Of a stretch of DNA of 64,000 nt, positions 49,420-63,565 are shown piece after piece. Below the pieces are notes generated by a model. It did no database searches. It saw only the letters and a list, made by a program, of their open reading frames with translations, and had not been told where the DNA came from. The position numbers and the translations under genes were made by a program. The first letter of the stretch is position 1. Each line of letters begins with the position of its first letter. The DNA is from Pristiophorus japonicus (taxonomy: Eukaryota): NCBI RefSeq assembly GCF_044704955.1, contig NC_091997.1:5890001-5954000 (forward strand), given 5' to 3'.

Positions 49420-50409
49420 CCTGCAATTTTACCTCCTTCAAACATTTATCCCATTCACTTTTGAAGGCTACGACTGAATCTCTCTCCATCAGCCTATCAG
49501 GCAGTGCGACCCAAATCCTAACCAGGCGTCGAGTTAAAACGGTTTTTCCTCACGTTGCCTCTTGTTCTTTTGATAATTTCCTTAAATCTGTGCCCTCTCC
49601 TGATCGACCCTGTGTAATAATTCTCGCAGTGTCAGTCAGCGGTGAGATTGCTTCGGTAAATTTACTGTGTTACAGCATCGGACAAACTGCTCGTGTTTAG
49701 GCTGCTGCAGGACAGCTGGAAACATCAGTAACCGTATCACAGCTCCCAGAGTACACATGAGCAATGCCACAGGAGGTCAAGAAGTAAAGTATTAAATGGT
49801 GTACAATCTGTAAACTCAGAATATGAACTTAAGTCAACCCTGGAATATATTTAATTGTTACACTAGCCAAACACAGCAAGGAATAAAGATTCATGTTGCA
49901 GTCCATAGGAGACGGGTTTGTGTATGGATACAGTCAAGGAACCATTTACCAAGTTATGGTGTTGGGAGTGGGGTTACCAACTCTCCTTGAAGGCATTCCT
50001 GGAGATTTGATCATGTCACATTCTGATCACATGACATCTGAGCATGTGATGCCGGATCATGTGTCATCTGATCACATGATCCAATGTCTATCCCATTCAC
50101 TTTGAAATGTAGTTTTAGTCACTACCTCAATAGCCACATGTGGTGAAGGATCCCACGGTCCAATAGCCGTCAGTTGAAGAAGCTCCCTCCTCCCTTCCAC
50201 CTTGTTTCTTTCAGTGTGAACTTTTGGTTTCCGTTCCTAAATTCCCCATTTGCCTACCAGTGTAATCAACCTTTCACTATTTACCTACAGTGAAGTCTCC
50301 AGGTTTCACGCAGCCCTTTATTGGCTGCTGCTCTCTCAATACCGCTCGCACTCATCACCTTGCTGCTGTTGCTCCCGCTCTGCGGCAAATGCTGGTCCCC
50401 ACCTGCCAT

Positions 50410-52150
50410 GTATAATGGGGAACAAAGAAATGGCAGACCAATTGAACAAATACTTAGGTTCTGTTTTCACGAAGGAAGACACAAATAACCTTCTGGAAGC
50501 ACTAGGGGACCGAGGGTCTAGTGAGAAGCAGGAACAGAAGGATATCCTTATTATGCGGGAAATTGTGTTCGGGAAATTGATGGGATTGAAGGCCAATAAA
50601 TCCCCGGGGGCCTGATAGTCTGCATCCCACAGTACATAAGGAAGTGGCCCTAGAAATAGTGGATGCATTGGTGATCCTTTTCTAACAGTCTATTGACTCT
50701 GGATCAGTTCCTATGGACTGGAGGGTAGCTAATGTAACACCACTTTTTAAAAAAGGAGGGTGAGAGAAAACGAGTAATTATAGACCGGTTAGCCTGACAT
50801 CAGTAGTGGGGAAAATGTTGGAATCAGTTATTAAAGATGAAATAACAGCACATTTGGAAAGCAGTGACAGGATCGGTCCAAGTCAACATGGATTTATGAA
50901 AGGGAAATCAGCTTGACAAATCATCTGGAATTTTTTGAGGATGTAACTAGTAGAGTGGACAAGGGAGAACCAGTGGATGTGGTGTATTTGGATTTTCAGA
51001 AGGCTTTTGACAAGGTCCCACACAAGGGATTGGTGTGCAAAATTAAAGCACATGGTATTGGGGTAATGTACTGACGTGGATAGAGAACTGGTTGGCAGAC
51101 AGGGAGCAGAGAGTCGGGATAAACGGGTCCTTTTCAGAATGGCAGGCAGTGACTAGTGGGGTGTCGCAGGGCTCAGAGCTGGGAACTCAGCTATTTACAA
51201 TATACATTAATGATTTGGATAAAGAAATTGAGTGTGATATCTTAAAGTGTGCAGATGACACTAAGCTGGGTGGCGGTGTGAGCTGTGAGGGGGATGCTAA
51301 GAGGCTGCAGGGTGACTTGGACAGGTTAGGTGAGTATAATGTGGATAAATGTGAGGTTATCCACTTCGGGGGCAAAAACACAAAGGCAGAATATTATCTG
51401 AATGGCGGCAGACTAGGAAAAGGGGAGGTGCTCCGAGACCTGGGTGTCATGGTACATCAGTCATTGAAAGTTGGCATGCAGGTACAGCAAGCGGTGAAGA
51501 AGGCAAATGGTATGTTGGCCTTCATAGCTAGGGGATTTGAGTATACGAGCAGGGAGGTCTTACTGCAGTTGTACAGGGCCTTGGTGAGACCTCACCTGGA
51601 ATATTATGTTCAGTTTTGGTCTCCTAATCTGAGGAAGGACGTTCTTGCTATTGAGGGAGTGCAGCAAAGATTCACCAGACTTATTCCCGGGATGGCTGGA
51701 CTGATATATGAGGAGAGACTGGGCCTGTATTCACTGGAGTTTAGAAGGTTGAGCAGGGATCTCATATAAACATATGAAATTCGGACGGGACTGGACAGGT
51801 TAGATGCAGGAAGAATGTTCCCGATGTTGGGGAAGTCTAGAACCAGGGGACACAGTCTAAGGATAAGGGGTAAGCAATTTAGGACTGAGATGAGGATAAA
51901 CTTCTTCACTCAGAGAGTTGGTAACCTTTGGAATTCCTGCCGCAGAGAGTTGTTGAGGCCAGTTCGTTAGATATATTCAAGAGGGAGTTAGATATGGCCC
52001 TTACAGCTGAAGGGATCAAGGGGTATGGAGAGAAAGCAGGAAAGGAATACTGAGGTGAATGATCAGCCATGATCTTATTGAATGGTGGTGCAGGTTCGAA
52101 GGGCCGAATGGCCTACTCCTGCACCTATTTTCTATGTTTCTATATTTCTG
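50410..52150 (+). mobile_element. 5'-truncated CR1 (ORF2 remnant with stops)
   Basis: MADQLNKY...; ORF 51092-51769; tail ttctatgtttctatatttc. Confidence 0.92.
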
Positions 52151-52375
52151 TGTATGTAAATTATTTGTATTCACTATGTAACTATGTACGATGTACCACC
52201 TGAGGGCGCTGCTGTTGGAGGCCCCAGGGGTTTCCTGCCCTGGTGTGCAGGGGCATAGACAAGGCAGCCAGCCATGCTGCCCCTCACTTTGCAGTCGTAT
52301 AAAATGGACTGAAATCACACAGCTCTCATGGTACAAGGCCTCGTGGAGTTATTCGATGGTAATTGCAGACATAAT
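52150..52375 (+). mobile_element. Probable solo or truncated LTR
   Basis: Shares ctcgtggagttatt...gacataa and the CTCF-like box with other LTRs in the window; ends are not clean. Confidence 0.55.
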
Positions 52376-53193
52376 CCGACCATCACTCCACTTGCACCTG
52401 AACCAGAAGGAGTTGGGTTCAAGCCCCAGTCTATCGGACTCAGCACATAATTTAGGCTGACACTTCAGTGATGGAATGCTGCACTGTAGGAGGCGCCATC
52501 TTTCAGATGGGACATTAAACTCAAGCCCCATCTGCCCTCTTGGGTGGAAGTAAAAGATCCCATGACACTATTCAAAGAACAGCTGCAGAATTCTCACAGA
52601 TTCCTGGCCAACATTGGCCCCTCAACCAAACCCAACAAAAACAGATTATCTGCTCATTTCTCACATTGTGTGTGTGAGACTCTGCTCGTTGTAACATGTG
52701 CTGCTGCATGTGGCTACATTGCAACAATGACCGCACTTCAACAGGATCTAATCGGATGTGAAGCACTTTGAGATATCCTGAGTGCATGGAAGGTGCTATA
52801 TCAATGCAAATTCTTGCTTTCTTTATACAGAAATAATATATTTTTAAACATAAATTCGTGGAAAATAAAGCTGCGATGAGTTTAGAAAGAAATTATATAT
52901 TTTGTTATGAGATTCACAAATACAACAAAAATATAATAAAATTCTCATGAATATAGAATCATACAGCATAGATGGATTCCATTCAGAGATTTGTACTTTA
53001 GTCCCACAATATGCAACTTAAAATATAACGCTCGTAATCAAGAAAAGATATTGTTAACAGAAAGCATTTTTCAGACATACAGAATGAACAGAATGATTCA
53101 CTTTCTCAGTTTTACACAAATTCACTTGAAGCTCATTTCCCCCAGTATAAAATTTCTCTGTGATGTGCGGCACAAGTTCACTGTAAATGAGTA

Positions 53194-53856
53194 TCAACAG
53201 TCCTCATTCCTTTCAGCCTGTGTCTTGTTCTCAACAACCAGGCCCCTGTCCTGTTTCTGTGCCTCTTTGCCTGGGTTTAGCCGAGGAGCGGTTGTTGTAT
53301 CAGAGGTGATGTTGATGGGGACGGTTCGTCCATTCACAGCTGGCAGTGCCAGGCGTGGGGCTTGAACCTTTAACCGACCGTCCTGTGACAAACAGCAGTT
53401 AAGAGCTTGAGCATCGACATCTTCTGGCAGCTGAAATTCTCTCCTGAACTCTTCATATTTGTAGCTGTAAGAGCCGCTCCCATCATCACGTTTCTTCTCG
53501 TGCTTTCCTGTGACCAGCACTTTTCTTCCAAGTACTTTCACCTTCAGTTCTTCTGGGGAGAACCGCTGGACATCCAGGGACAGAGAAAAGCCATCTCCAT
53601 CCTTGTCCTCTGATTGGCTTTTACCATCTTTATTGTCATCAGGTCTGTTGTCCTGATATTTTGGTCTTCCCTCCCAGAATTCTTTGGCCAGCTCCCCAAG
53701 AACTCGGTTCATGAAGTTCATGCTGTTTCTCACTTCTTCCTCCTGTTCCCACCTGTTGCATTCAAACGTCTCAAAGACTGTGTGTGGGACAGGCCACAAT
53801 GTGCACACAGGCTGCTGGCACAGACGTGAAGGGTGGACAGCCCGACAGCTCAGCAT
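53194..53856 (-). CDS. hsp30: Hsp30-like small heat-shock protein (copy 6; C-tail ...QAERNEDC)
   Basis: Intact ORF; TATA at 53951-53957 with HSEs beyond it. Confidence 0.92.
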   Translation of the reverse strand: MLSCRAVHPSRLCQQPVCTLWPVPHTVFETFECNRWEQEEEVRNSMNFMNRVLGELAKEFWEGRPKYQDNRPDDNKDGKSQSEDKDGDGFSLSLDVQRFSPEELKVKVLGRKVLVTGKHEKKRDDGSGSYSYKYEEFRREFQLPEDVDAQALNCCLSQDGRLKVQAPRLALPAVNGRTVPINITSDTTTAPRLNPGKEAQKQDRGLVVENKTQAERNEDC

Positions 53857-54722
53857 TGTCTCTGCCTCTTCTATCACTTCTCACAAACACGACTGATGTG
53901 AACTCCCGGTCTTCAGTCTCTGATCTGCTACAGCACTCAGAACACCCGCCTTATATATTGCACTCCCAGAACTCCAGACACTTCCAGAATTAGCTCAACA
54001 TTGCTGGGGTTATGACACGTGAGCAGAAAATAACCGAGGTCTCATCTCAGCCTTGCTTTAAACAAGAATGACTGGGATTCAGTGACACCCACTGGTGCAA
54101 TTCCAGAGACTTGTGGAATGTACTCACCCAGTGACAGCACAGGTGGGAGGGGCAAATGATTGACAGCCCAGTACAAGGCAGACTGTGTGGTAAAGGGGTG
54201 TTTGCTGAGAAGTGGATGTGTTCAACTTAGTGAATGATCAACTAACATTGTGAGATAATGAAGAGTCGGTCAGTGACTTTCTAGCTTGCTATTTTCAGTC
54301 ATGTTCAAGATATTAAAGTGACATTTAACCACAGCAGAGCAGAGTGATCAGAAAGAATGAAATTCAGATCAGTTTGGTTTAAATTAAGTGGTGTTCTGAT
54401 TCTGCCCAATAGAGGGTCATTAATTCCCTTGTAATTTGATTAATTTGTGTGAGACTTATCTTCAGTTTACAGAGTTGAGTCTTGTGGAACCGACAATTCA
54501 AAAGAGATGGATATAATGTTTATCCTCACGGGGTAATCCTTACTTTAGAACAATAACACGGGTACAAGTAACAATAATAGCATGTCTTACAGTTTATCTA
54601 CTTTGCATTCAAGCAATTTTGAGCAAAAACCCACGTGTAGCTAATACCAACGGTGGTCAGGTTCTCAGTGATCTACTCGGTGGCTCTCCACAGCACCGTA
54701 TCGCTTTCTTCACAGCGCAAGT

Positions 54723-55382
54723 ACATCATCATTATCATCATCAGAGGCAGTCCCTCGGAATCGAGGAAGCCTTGCTTCCACTCTAAAAGTGAGTTCTCAG
54801 GTGACTGAGGAGTCCAAGGCGGGAATCACAGTCTCTGTCGCAGGTGGGACAGACAATGGTTGAAAGAAAGGGTGGGTGGTGAGTCTGGTTTGCCGCACAC
54901 TCCTTCCGCTGCCTGCACTTATTTTCTGCCTGCTCTCACCGCCGGGATTCGAGGTGCTCAGCGCCCTCCCGGATGCTATTCCTCCACTTATGGTGGTCTT
55001 TGGCCAGCGTCTCCCAGGTGTCGGTCGGCATGTTGCACAATATCAAGGAGGCTTCGGGGGTGTCCTTGAAACGTTTCCTTTGCCCAGCTGGGAGTTCCAA
55101 GTAGAACGCTTGCGTTGGAGTCTTGTGTCGGGCATACGAACAATATGGCCCGCCCAACGGAGCTTGTCGAGTGTGGTCAGTGCTTCTGACGTTGGCCTGA
55201 TCGAGAACACTGACGTTGGTGCGTCTGTCATCCCAGGGGATTTGCAGGATCTTGCGGAGACACCGTTGGTGGTATTTCCCGAGCGATTTGACCATAAGCT
55301 TGGTGCCAGATTTGAGGTGACCGAAGGCTGCGCTGGTGCACTGGAGGCAGTGTTGAACCTCGTCGCCAATGTCTGCACTTAC
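54723..55382 (-). mobile_element. RTE 3' fragment (duplicate of 39192-39850)
   Basis: Same tail and peptides as the first copy. Confidence 0.88.
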
Positions 55383-55715
55383 TGATAAATGCAAGTACTG
55401 CTAAAACTTGGCAACTGGCCCACTGCATGCGTGTGTTTTTCTTCATTTTCTGATTATCAATAGTCCTTTCATTAAAAGAAAAAGTAATGTCTGAGAAAAG
55501 GTTGTTTTCACACAGCTTTATCGGGGCCCAAGTGGTGAGAATAGTCTGAAGAACGGTCGGTTGAATAGCTTTCCTTTTCTCACAGACACTTCCCAAGGTC
55601 TCCTTTCTGAAAAGCGGTCTTGCAGCTGCAATATTTCTCACCTGGCCTCGCCAGGTATACTGGGTTATCAGAATTTGGTCAGCTTTTAATTTCGGCCATT
55701 TTAAAGCACAGTGAC

Positions 55716-58700
55716 TGTCATATATCGAGACATGTGATGTGCCACCAGAGGGCACTACTATGGGAAACTTGTACAGCAGCTGTATGGTCACTGAGGTGTG
55801 CCACCAGAGGGCACTGCAGTGGGAGACTTGTAGGTTACCTGTACAGGTGTGCCTGGCCTAGTATAAAAGGCAGGCCGCCATGTATGATCTTCACTCAGGA
55901 GTTATATTAAATGGACTTAGGTCACTACAGTTCAGGTGCAATACATTGCCTCGTGGAGTCATTATCAGAGCATCTAAAGACATAACAATTGGCGACGAGA
56001 TTACGGACTATCACGCGAAAATGGCTACCCTTGGTACGTTGCAGCAGTTCGCCGATGGTGACAATTGGGATGCCTTTGTGGAGAGGCACGACCATTCCTT
56101 CACAACAAACGACCTGGCAGACGATAATTTGGACACACTGGCTGCTCACCAGTTGTGGGCCCACCGTCTATGGCCTCGTCAGGGACTTGCTGGCACCAGC
56201 GAAGACAACGACCAAGACATACGAGGTGCTCGTAACTCTGATCCAAGAACAACTCAAGCCCAAGGTGAGCATCCTCACAGCCAGACACCGGTTTTATACC
56301 CACCGACGGCCCGAAGGCCAGGAAATCGCAAAACATGCTGCAGACCTCAGGAGGCTGACGGCAACGTATGATTTCGGCGGACACCTCACCGAAGCGCTGT
56401 GGGATATCTTTGTCATCGGAATCGGCCACGAGGGCCTTCTTCACAGGCTACTGTCGGCGGATACCACAGTCACACTGCAGAAGGCCATCTCCGTGAGCCA
56501 GGCATTCATGACCTCGACCTGCGGCTTTAGGCAGATGACTCATCCTCAGGACTCAAACCCGGCAAGTACCAGCACAGCACCCGAGGCACAGAGCGCTCAG
56601 CACGACTGCGTGGAGATGATCCAGCTGAGACAACCCAAACGCACCTTCATGGCTCCAGTGGCAGGACTCCGGAGGAAGAAAACCGGATCCAAAGGCGACT
56701 TCCCAGCATCGGTGGCAGAACCCGGGAAGAAGAGGATCACAGCAGTCGGCATCGTGGATGGAAGAAAGATGGCGCCCAAACCACGAGGTGAATCGCTGAA
56801 GAAAAAGATAGCGGCAGCCAGACCACGAGGTGCAGCGCTGATGGAGCAACACATGGTACCAAGCGAAGAAAAGGATTGGGATAAAGATAGCAAGGCTCCC
56901 ATAAAGGAGGCCAGCAAACCACCACACTTAAAGGGACAGTCTACAGTCTCAATCAATGTAATAGTAACTGTGAATTCAATGTAAAGCTTGTAATTGATGA
57001 TCAGAGTTTTATACGTGTAATAAGCAAAGAAAAGTCATGTGATTGCGATCGGAGCTACAGTTTATCGACAATAAGTAATGAAACGCTGTGCGATGTAGGA
57101 TTTCAACAGTATTCAGATAATGTAGCGGGCAAACACCCATCGGGAGCACACAAGTTCAGCGGGCTAACCAATGCTGTTGCCTGTGTCCCTGGGACCAGAG
57201 TGATGCACCACGGAGTGTGGCCAAAAGCGGCTAATATAGACAAGCTGCAGAGCACGCGATCTCAGGAGGGCAATGGCACCGGTATCGATACCCTGCCCCT
57301 GATCGGCTCCACGTCTCAGGCACCCGATGGCACCAACCGCCACGAGCCTGAAAGAGCAAACTGCGCTAAGGCGCAGTCCCCAGACCCTATTGCCTCCAAG
57401 GCTACACCTGCAATGGTTCTCCCAAATGGGACCGGGACCAGCCAGCATCCCAAACCAAGTAACGCCCAGGCAAGCGAATCATAGAAACATTGAAAGTAGG
57501 TGCAGGAGTAGGCTAGTCAGCCCTTCAAGCCTGCACCACCATTCAATATGATCATGGCTGAACATGCAACTTCAGTACCCCATTCCTGCTTTCTCTCCAT
57601 ACCCCTTGATCCTTTTAGCCGTAAGGGCCACTACTAACTCCATTTTGAATATATCTAACAAACTGGCCTCAACAACTTTCTGTGGTAGAGAACTCCACAG
57701 GTTCACAATTCTCTGAGTGAAGAAGTTTCTCCTCATCTCAGTCCTAAATTGCTTACCCTTTATCCTTAGACGGTAACCCCTGCACTTCCCCAACATCGGG
57801 AACATTCTTCCTGCATTTAACCTGTCCAATCCCGTCAGAATTTTATATGTTTCTATGAGATCACCTCTCATTCTGCTAAATTCCAGTGAATATAAGCCTA
57901 GTCGATCCAGTCTTTCTTCATATATCAGTCCTGCCATCCCAGGAATCAGTCTGGTGAACCTTCGCTGCACTTCCTGAATAGCAAGAATGACCTTCCTCAG
58001 ATTAGGAGACCAAAACTGAACACAATATTCCAGATGTGGCCTCACCAAGGCCCTGTACAACTGCAGTAAGACCTCCATGTTCCAATACTCAAATCCTCTT
58101 GCTATGAAGGCCAACATGCCATTTGCCTTCTTCACCGCCTGCTGTACCTGCATGCCAACTTTCAATGACTGATGTACCACGACACCCAGGTCTCATTGCA
58201 CCTCCCCTTTTCCTAATCTGTCACCATTCAGATAATATTCTGCCTTCCTGTTTTTGCCACCAAAGTGGATAACCTCACATTTATCTACATTATACTGCAT
58301 TTGCCAAACATTTTCCTACTCATCTAACCTGTCCAAGTCACCCTGCAGCCTCTTAGCATCCTCCTCACAGCTCATACTGCCACCCAGCTTTGTGTCATCT
58401 GCAAACTTGGAGATATTACATTCAATTCCTTCGTCTAAATCATTAATGTATATTGTAAAGAGCTGGGGTCCCAGCACTGAACCTTGCGGTACCTCACTAG
58501 TCACTGCCTGCCATTCTGAAAAGGACTCGTTTATTCCTACTCTTTGCTTCCTGTCTGCCAACCAGTTCTCTATTCACGTCAATACATAACCCCCAGTACC
58601 ATGTGCTTTAATTTTGCACACTAATCTCTTATGTGGGACCTTATCAAAAGCCCTTTGAAAGTCCAAATACACCACATCCACTGGTTCTCCCTTGTCCACT

Positions 58701-59893
58701 CTACTAGTTACATCCACAAAAAATTTTAGAAGGTTTGTCAAGCATGATTTCCATGCTGACTTGAACCGATCCTGTCACTGCTTTCCAAATGTGCTGCTAT
58801 TACATCTTTAATAATTGATTCCAACATTTTACCCACTACCGATGTAAGGCTAACCAGTCTATAATTCCCTGTTTTCTCTCTCCCTCCTTTTTTAAAAAGT
58901 GGGGTTACGTTAGCTACCCTCCAGTCCATAGGAACTGATCCAGAGTCGAGAGAATGTTGGAAAATGACCACCAATGCATCCACTATTTCTCGGTCAGCAG
59001 TTCCCTGCGCACTGCTAGATGACTGCCCCTCAGGGAGCAGCAACGACCCGGGGCAGAAGGAAAAAACAGGGAGATCACAGGCATCTGTGAACTTGCCCTA
59101 TGCTAGGAGCAACAGCATAGGCCCAGAGAGCAGGCAACTTGAGCCACCCGGGCCCCCACTGCCAGCACTGGGCACTGCGCCACCACCAGACTACCTGGAC
59201 ACCATCCAGCAGTTCTGGTACTAGCTTGTCCTCACGCACCGGTGCTGACACCAGTACTGAGTCCAACTATGTATCAAGAATGTATCTCACCAGTCAAGTG
59301 TACTTGCCTCACAACTGTACCACAAATGTAATGATGTAAATGCAAATTAATTTTTTTCTGGACTTGAATGTATATGAATGTAACTAGCCACCAGCATAAT
59401 CTATATGTGGGGCGGGGGTGGAGAGAATGGAATGGTCATGGACTCACAAACAGAAACCACCAGCACCTCTACTGCCAACGAAACACCACCTACTCACCCA
59501 AGATGGAAACGACCCTCCAAGCGTCAATCAGATAGAGCTAAGCCCAGAGCACAGTCGATGTATGAAGGCGATTTGCAACAAGGACTTAGGCGAGAGTGAT
59601 GTCATGTATCTAGACATGTGTACTGCTTGTACTATTACATATGATGTGCCACCGGAGGGCACTACTATGGGAAACTTGTACACCAGCTGTAAGGTCACTA
59701 AGGTGTGCCACCAGAGGGCACTTCAGTGGGAGACTTGTAGGTTACCTGTACAGGTATGCCTGGCCTAGTATAAAAGGCAGGCCACCATGTGTGATCTTCA
59801 CTCAGGAGTTATATTAAATGGACGAAGGTCACTACAGTTCAAGTGCAATACATTGCCTCATGGAGTCATTATCAGAGCATCCAAAGACATAAT
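55716..59893 (+). mobile_element. Non-autonomous LTR element with nested CR1 at ~57480-58990 (duplicate of 40184-44367)
   Basis: Same LTRs, PBS and gag-like ORF (55989-56984). Confidence 0.88.
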
Positions 59894-60930
59894 TTACAGC
59901 AAAAGAAAATGCTGTAGTCTTACATTTGCTCAGGTGCTTTGCTATGGGAATGTTTTGCTGACCAGTTTTCCGAGATGATGGAGTGATGGCTTTCACATTC
60001 CTACAGTCTGGAGGAGATGTTCCATGGACATTGTTTTGTAGCCAGAAATTACACGGTTTGATAATGTTTATAAGTCTATCATAATAAATAGTTTGGTAGT
60101 TACAGAAAATTCAGCCAAACACTGACTGCCGGACAGACTAACGTTTCACCAGATGTGAGCATGAGGATATTTATATTCCAAGGGATACCCCACTCAATGG
60201 ATGGCCCAGCCCACTGAGTTCCCTATCTCAGGCAGCTTTCAGTGAACCTAATCCCCGATTGATCCCAAACTATCTCCCAGTGTAATTCTTTGTGCCGTAG
60301 CGAGCTTGAAATTTGTTGCTATATCTCTATTCTTGTTTCCTCCATGCCCGTCCCTAATCCTGAAATTAGTTTTTCATAAATAAGTAAAATTATATCATGA
60401 TTCCCTTTTGTTATTCAGTATCCTAAAATCCGTTAACAACATAAATGCACATTTTCTTAAACAGGTTTCCGATGAGAACTGGTGATGAGGACAATAGTGA
60501 ACCCCATGGCTGAATAACCTCCTGTTTAAGTCACTCCCTGCTTCTTTACTGGGAGGCAAAGATACTGAGAATTCAACTGAGCCATTGTCACAAACTAAGA
60601 ATTCTGGGAGACAAAAGATCCTCGATTGCATTTATTGTATAAACACAAAATCATCTGAGGCAGAGCTCCAGGTAGGCCCCTCCCACCTGTGATGTCACTC
60701 AGTCAGGACATGCCAGAAGTCTCTGGAATTGTGCCACAATGTCATTGGGTGAAGTCATTCTTTCCTGCTCACCTGACATGAACCCAGCAATCTTCATTGT
60801 GGAAGTGTGTGGATTGCTGGGAGTGCAATATATAAGGCGGGTGTTCTGAGTTCTGCAGCAGATCAGAGACTGAAGACTTGGAGTCGACAGGATTCGGGTT
60901 TGAGAGAAGTGATACTTAGAACAAACAGCC

Positions 60931-63247
60931 ATGGTGCTGAGCTTTCAGGCGTCCCAGTCTTCACATGTGAGCCAGCAGCCTGCAGTCACTCTGAGGCTGC
61001 TCCCACACAGTGTCTTTGAACAGCTCGAACACAACAGGCCGAAAGCAGTGGTGGAAGCAAGGAAGACCATGTATTGGCTTCATGAGCTGCTGGCAAAAGG
61101 ATTGTCGGAGCTAAGATCAAAATATCAGGACAATGGTACTGATGTCATAGAAACATAGAAACATAGAAAATAGGTGCAGGAGTAGGCCATTCAGCCCTTC
61201 GAGCCTGCACCGCCATTCAATGAGTTCATGGCTGAACATGCAACTTCAGTACCCCATTCCTGCTTTCTCGCCATACCCCTTGATCCCCCGAGTAGTAAGG
61301 ACTACATCTAACTCCTTTTTTGAATATATTTAGTGAATTTGCCTCAACAACTTTCTGTGATAGAGAATTCCACAGGTTCACCACTCTCTGGGTGAAGAAG
61401 TTTCTCCTCATCTCGGTCCTAAATGGCTTACCCCTTATCCTTAGACTGTGACCCCTGGTTCTGGACTTCCCCAACATTGGGAACATTCTTCCTGCATCTA
61501 ACCTGTCTATACCCATCAGAATTTTAAACGTTTCTATGAGATCCCCTCTCATTCTTCTGAACTCCAGTGAATACAAGCCCAGTTGATCCAGTCTTTCTTG
61601 ATATGTCAATCCCGCCATCCCGGGAATCAGTCTGGTGAACCTTCGCTGCACTCCCTCAATAGCAAGACTGTCCTTCCTCAAGTTAGGACACCAAAACTGT
61701 ACACAATACTCCAGGTGTGGCCTCACCAAGGCCCTGTACAACTGTAGTAACACCTCCCTGCCCCTGTACTCAAATCCCCTCGCTATGAAGGCCAACATGC
61801 CATTTGCTTTCTTAACCGCCTGCTGTACCTGCATGCCAACCTTCAATGACTGATGTACCATGACACCCAGGTCTCGTTGCACCTCCCCTTTTCCTAATCT
61901 GTCACCATTCAGATAATAGTCTGTCTCTCTGTTTTTACCACCAAAGTGGATAACCTCACATTTATCCACATTATACTTCATCTACCATACATTTGCCCAC
62001 TCACCTAACCTAGCCAAGTCACTCTGCAGCCTAATAGCATCCTCCTCGCAGCTCACACTGCCACCCAACTTAGTATCATCCGCAAATTTGGAGATACATT
62101 TAATCCCCTCGTCTAAATCATTTGTAAACAGCTGGGGCCCCAGCACAGAACCTTCCGGTACCCCACTAGTCACTGCCTGCCATTCTGAATAGTACCCATT
62201 TACTCCTACTCTTTGCTTCCTGTCTGCCAACCAGTTCTCAATCCACGTCAACACGCTACCCCCAATCCCATGTGCTTTAACTTTGCACATTAATCTCTTG
62301 TGTGGGACCTTGTCGAAAGCCTTCTGAAAGTCCAAATACACCACATCAGCTGGTTCTCCCTTGTCCACTCTACTGGAAACATCCTCAAAAAATTCCACAA
62401 GATTTGTCAAGCATGATTTCCCTTTCACAAATCCATGCTGACTTGGACCTATCATGTCACCTCTTTCCAAATGCGCTGCTATGACATCCTTAATAATTGA
62501 TTCCATCATTTTACCCACTACTGATGTCAGGCTGACCGGTCTATAATTCCCTGTTTTCTCTCCCTCCTTTTTTAAAAAGTGGGGTTACATTGGCTACCCT
62601 CCATTCCATAGGAACTAATCCAGAGTCAATGGAATGTTGGAAAATGACTGTCAATGCATCCGCTATTTCCAAGGTCAACTCCTTAAGTACTCTGGGATGC
62701 AGTCCATCAGGCCCTGGGGATTTATCGTCCTTCAATCCAAACAATTTCGCAACACAATTTCCCGACTAATAAGGATTGCTTTCAGTTCCTCCTTATGAAG
62801 ACGGTCAATGAAGACGGTAAAAGCCAATCAGAGGGCAAGGATGGAGATGGCTTTTCTCTGTCCCTGGATGTTCAGCGGCTCTCCCCAGAAGAACTGAAGG
62901 TGAAAGTACTTGGAAGAAAAGTGCTGGTGACAGGAAAACACGAGAAGAAAAGTGATGATGGGAGCGGCTCTTACAGCTACAAATATGAAGAGTTCAGGAG
63001 AGAATTTCAGCTGCCAGAAGATGTCGATGCTCAAGCTCTTAACTGCTGTTTGTCACAGGACGGTCGGTTAAAGGTTCAAGCCCCACGCCTGGCACTGCCA
63101 GCTGTGAATGGACGAACCGTCCCCATCAACATCACCTCTGATACAACAACCGCTCCCCGACTAAACCCAGGCAAAGAGGCACAGAAACAGGACGGTGGAA
63201 AGGATGAGGGGAACAAGGAAGAGGCGGAAGGAAAAAAGGACATTTAA
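60931..63247 (+). pseudogene. hsp30: hsp30-like copy 7, CR1-disrupted (duplicate of copy 5)
   Basis: Same N-terminal ORF, CR1 at 61148-62794 and C-terminal ORF 62795-63247. Confidence 0.88.
61148..62794 (-). mobile_element. CR1 inserted in hsp30 copy 7
   Basis: Junctions identical to 45622-47268. Confidence 0.92.
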
Positions 63248-63565
63248 GACTCATTTACATTAATATTTTCTCATATATAAGAAACAATATATGCAGAAAT
63301 TAGTTTAAGACAATGATATGAAGTCACAATGATAAACATTAATTCTTGTTTTTATCTTGTATTTCTCAAATTGTTCACTATGCCATTATTCACATTAGAC
63401 GGTATTATAATTATATATGTGTATTGAGCCAATAAATATTTTGGAACAGTGATGTCCATGATTCACCTTGTTAACTTGTTAAATAGATAATATTACACAA
63501 TTCAAAAACTAGCCACTTACTTCCTTTCACTCTCAGTAAAGGCACTCATTTGAATTTGGCTTAAC

